Positions 61,823 to 64,000 of a DNA stretch of 64,000 bases are shown here, one piece after another; position 1 is the stretch's first letter, and each line of letters begins with the position of its first letter. The position numbers and the translations under genes were made by a program. The stretch is from an uncultured bacterium. Lineage in GTDB: Bacteria; Desulfobacterota; Binatia; UBA1149; CAITLU01. The notes beneath the pieces are model-generated. The model ran no database searches and had not been told where the DNA came from. It saw only the letters and a program-made list of their open reading frames with translations. The stretch covers positions 5,119 through 69,118 of the forward strand of contig CAITLU010000024.1 of assembly GCA_903893315.1 (NCBI GenBank). Direction: 5' to 3'.

Positions 61823-64000
61823 TCGGCATCGCCCGGGTCCGGTCGGTCTTCGACCGTAGGATCGAGGGTGAAATAGATCGTCGCGCCCTGGCCGGGCCTT
61901 CCTTCGGCCCATACTCTGCCACCGTGAACGCTGACGATGCGTTGGACCGTGGCGAGGCCGACCCCGTAGCCTTCGAAGATTCCCGGGGTGTGGAGGCGCC
62001 GGAACGGTTCGAACAACGTCTCGGCCTGCGAAGGGTCGAAGCCGACTCCGTCGTCGCGTACGTAGAAGACGCGCCCATTCCCATCCTGGAAGCTGCCGAG
62101 TTCTATTCGTGTTTTGTCGCGGGTGCTGCTGAACTTCCAGCTGTTGCGCAGCAGATTGTCGAGCAGCACCCGCAGAAGGCGGGGCTCACCATCGACGATC
62201 ATGGCTGGTTCGAGTACGAAGGTGACACGGCGGTCGGGATCGCTTTCGCGGAGTGATTCGCAGATTGCCGCTGCCATCGCAGTGAGGAAAACGGTCTTGC
62301 GCTTGGGTTGCGAACGCGTGATCCGGGAAAGCGTCAGCAGTGCATTGATCAGCCCGTCCATGCGCTGACAGGTGCCGCGGATTCGCTCAAGCACCGCGCG
62401 GGCCGGGGCCGAAAGCCCGGCCGCGTGATCTTCGGCGAGGATGCGGCTGAACCCGTCGATGCCGCGCAGCGGCGCGCGCAAGTCGTGGGATACGGTGTGA
62501 CTGAAGGCTTCGAGTTCCCTGTTGGCGGCTTCGATCTGTGAAGTCCTGGCGGTGAAGCGTTTCTCCAACTCGGAGTGGACCAGCCGTCTGCGCTGCCAGA
62601 TGTGGCGTCTTTCGAGAGCCGCTCCGATCACCTCTCCGACGATGCGCAGCAGCGCGACGCGCGATTCATACCACTGTTCGTCGCTGCGTCCGGACACGAA
62701 GGTGATGAATCCGATCGCCTTTCGACGCCGAAGCAGCGGCAGCGCCAACGCCGAGCGTACGCCGCGCTCTTCGGGATAGCGTCGTTCGGGGAAGTCCTCG
62801 AGCAGATCGCTGCCGCCATCGCGAATGAGAATGAAGTCGCGCTTGGCGAACGCGGCGTCCCATCGCCCCATGGTAGATAGTTGGATGCGCCGGGGCCTGG
62901 AATCGGCGGTAGTGCGATCCGATCGATCCCATCGGTGGGTCAGTTCTGCCTGATTGTCGCCTCCCGGCAGAAACTGCCAGGCGCTACAGCGATCCAGCTC
63001 GATTACTTCCGCGATCTCGCGTAGCGCGTCCTCGATGGCCACGTCTATGTGCTCGGGGTCGATTCCGATGAACCTCGTCGACAGCAACGTTATCAAGCGT
63101 GTCAGTCTGTTGCGCTCGGTCAGTTCATGTTCGGAACGCTTGCGCGCGCTGACGTCGAGAGCGAACACCAGAAACGTTCCCGGGCTGTCCTGCACTGCGG
63201 CCAGGCCGAGCAGTACCGCGACGCGGCTGCCGTCGCGGCGGTAGAAGTCCTGCTCCCAGGGCGGGCAGTGGCCCGCGCGTTCGAATTGATCCATGGCTGC
63301 CGTGGTCATGTGGCGATACTCAGATGGCGTCATCTTGTCCCAGCGCATCTGCCCTGCCGCCACCGCGGTGTGGTCGTGACCGGTGACCATCAACGCAGCG
63401 TCGTTCGCGTCGACGATCCTGCCGTCGCGGTGCGCGGTGAGTATCCCGAGCATTCCTGCGCCGCGCAGACCGCGCAGACGCGCCTCGCTGCGAACCAGTC
63501 TGCTGTGTTCGCGCTGACGCAACAGCGCGGCGCGCAGCATGTCGCAGACGACCTCGCGCACAGGCGCGAAATCGTATGGCCAGTCTCCCTCTCGGTCGTG
63601 GGAGAGGAACAGCGCCGCGCCAAGCAATGCGGACTCAGAGTTCAGTATCGGCAGTATGATCGCGGAGCGAATACCGAACTGCTCACGAAGACGGTGTTCG
63701 CTGTCCGCTTCGGGCGGAAGGTCGCTCGAACTCCCTACGTGCACGGGCTCGCCAGCCGACAACTTCGCGAGTGTCCATAGCGGTGTGCTCGCCTCGACTG
63801 CCTTGGTCACCTCCGCGGCGAGCGGCGCGAGACCTTCCTCGTGCCATTCGCAGGCAGTATGCCAGTGGCCGTCGTCGTCGATTGCGGAAAGCCATCCGCG
63901 TTGGTCACCGCCGAAGCTGGCGATTCGTTGAAGCGTCCGGCAGACGCCCTGATCGAGATCTTCGACGCGAGAGTCGACGAGGTCGGCTGCCAGTTCGGCC
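61810..64000 (-). CDS. Cytoplasmic GAF-PAS-GAF histidine kinase (start lies beyond the window)
   Basis: H-box 'FSHTVSHDLRAPLR', 'NLLRNSWKF', 'DDGVGF', 'GYGVGLA', PAS 'IVDANDA...RRDGSRV'. Translated by hand, the frame stays open from 63810 to the window end. Confidence 0.93.
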   Translation of the reverse strand, partial: AELAADLVDSRVEDLDQGVCRTLQRIASFGGDQRGWLSAIDDDGHWHTACEWHEEGLAPLAAEVTKAVEASTPLWTLAKLSAGEPVHVGSSSDLPPEADSEHRLREQFGIRSAIILPILNSESALLGAALFLSHDREGDWPYDFAPVREVVCDMLRAALLRQREHSRLVRSEARLRGLRGAGMLGILTAHRDGRIVDANDAALMVTGHDHTAVAAGQMRWDKMTPSEYRHMTTAAMDQFERAGHCPPWEQDFYRRDGSRVAVLLGLAAVQDSPGTFLVFALDVSARKRSEHELTERNRLTRLITLLSTRFIGIDPEHIDVAIEDALREIAEVIELDRCSAWQFLPGGDNQAELTHRWDRSDRTTADSRPRRIQLSTMGRWDAAFAKRDFILIRDGGSDLLEDFPERRYPEERGVRSALALPLLRRRKAIGFITFVSGRSDEQWYESRVALLRIVGEVIGAALERRHIWQRRRLVHSELEKRFTARTSQIEAANRELEAFSHTVSHDLRAPLRGIDGFSRILAEDHAAGLSAPARAVLERIRGTCQRMDGLINALLTLSRITRSQPKRKTVFLTAMAAAICESLRESDPDRRVTFVLEPAMIVDGEPRLLRVLLDNLLRNSWKFSSTRDKTRIELGSFQDGNGRVFYVRDDGVGFDPSQAETLFEPFRRLHTPGIFEGYGVGLATVQRIVSVHGGRVWAEGRPGQGATIYFTLDPTVEDRPDPGDADQLV

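Overview
High-GC bacterial chromosomal segment, about 58 protein-coding genes and one clear pseudogene. No rRNA, tRNA, CRISPR array or transposase was recognisable. Gene content and order (ftsE-ftsX-envC-ctpA-xseA-M23-xseB-ispA-tlyA, rpoZ-rpoH, secA-argJ, a DUF1329-like remnant, Cys-rich secreted proteins) suggest a deltaproteobacterial-type lineage such as Candidatus Binatia; this is inference. Most of the window is housekeeping: fbaB, gltA, fbp, dtd, trmL, glnS, hrpB, ppnP, lgt, division and secretion genes. Five features stand out. (1) An intact, stand-alone cytochrome c oxidase subunit I homologue has lost all four His ligands of the heme a3/CuB centre and the proton-channel residues, yet keeps the low-spin heme ligands. 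(2) Lgt is fused in frame to a TlpA-type thioredoxin through an internal lipoprotein signal peptide. (3) A convergent module combines PadR, an ABC ATPase, an FtsX-type permease and an orphan KAS III. (4) An operon encodes a coiled-coil protein, two roadblock proteins and a Cache-HAMP protein, with no kinase or GTPase. (5) A 960-aa sulfatase carries Cys-rich modules inserted in several loops. All family assignments come from motifs read by eye, not from database searches.
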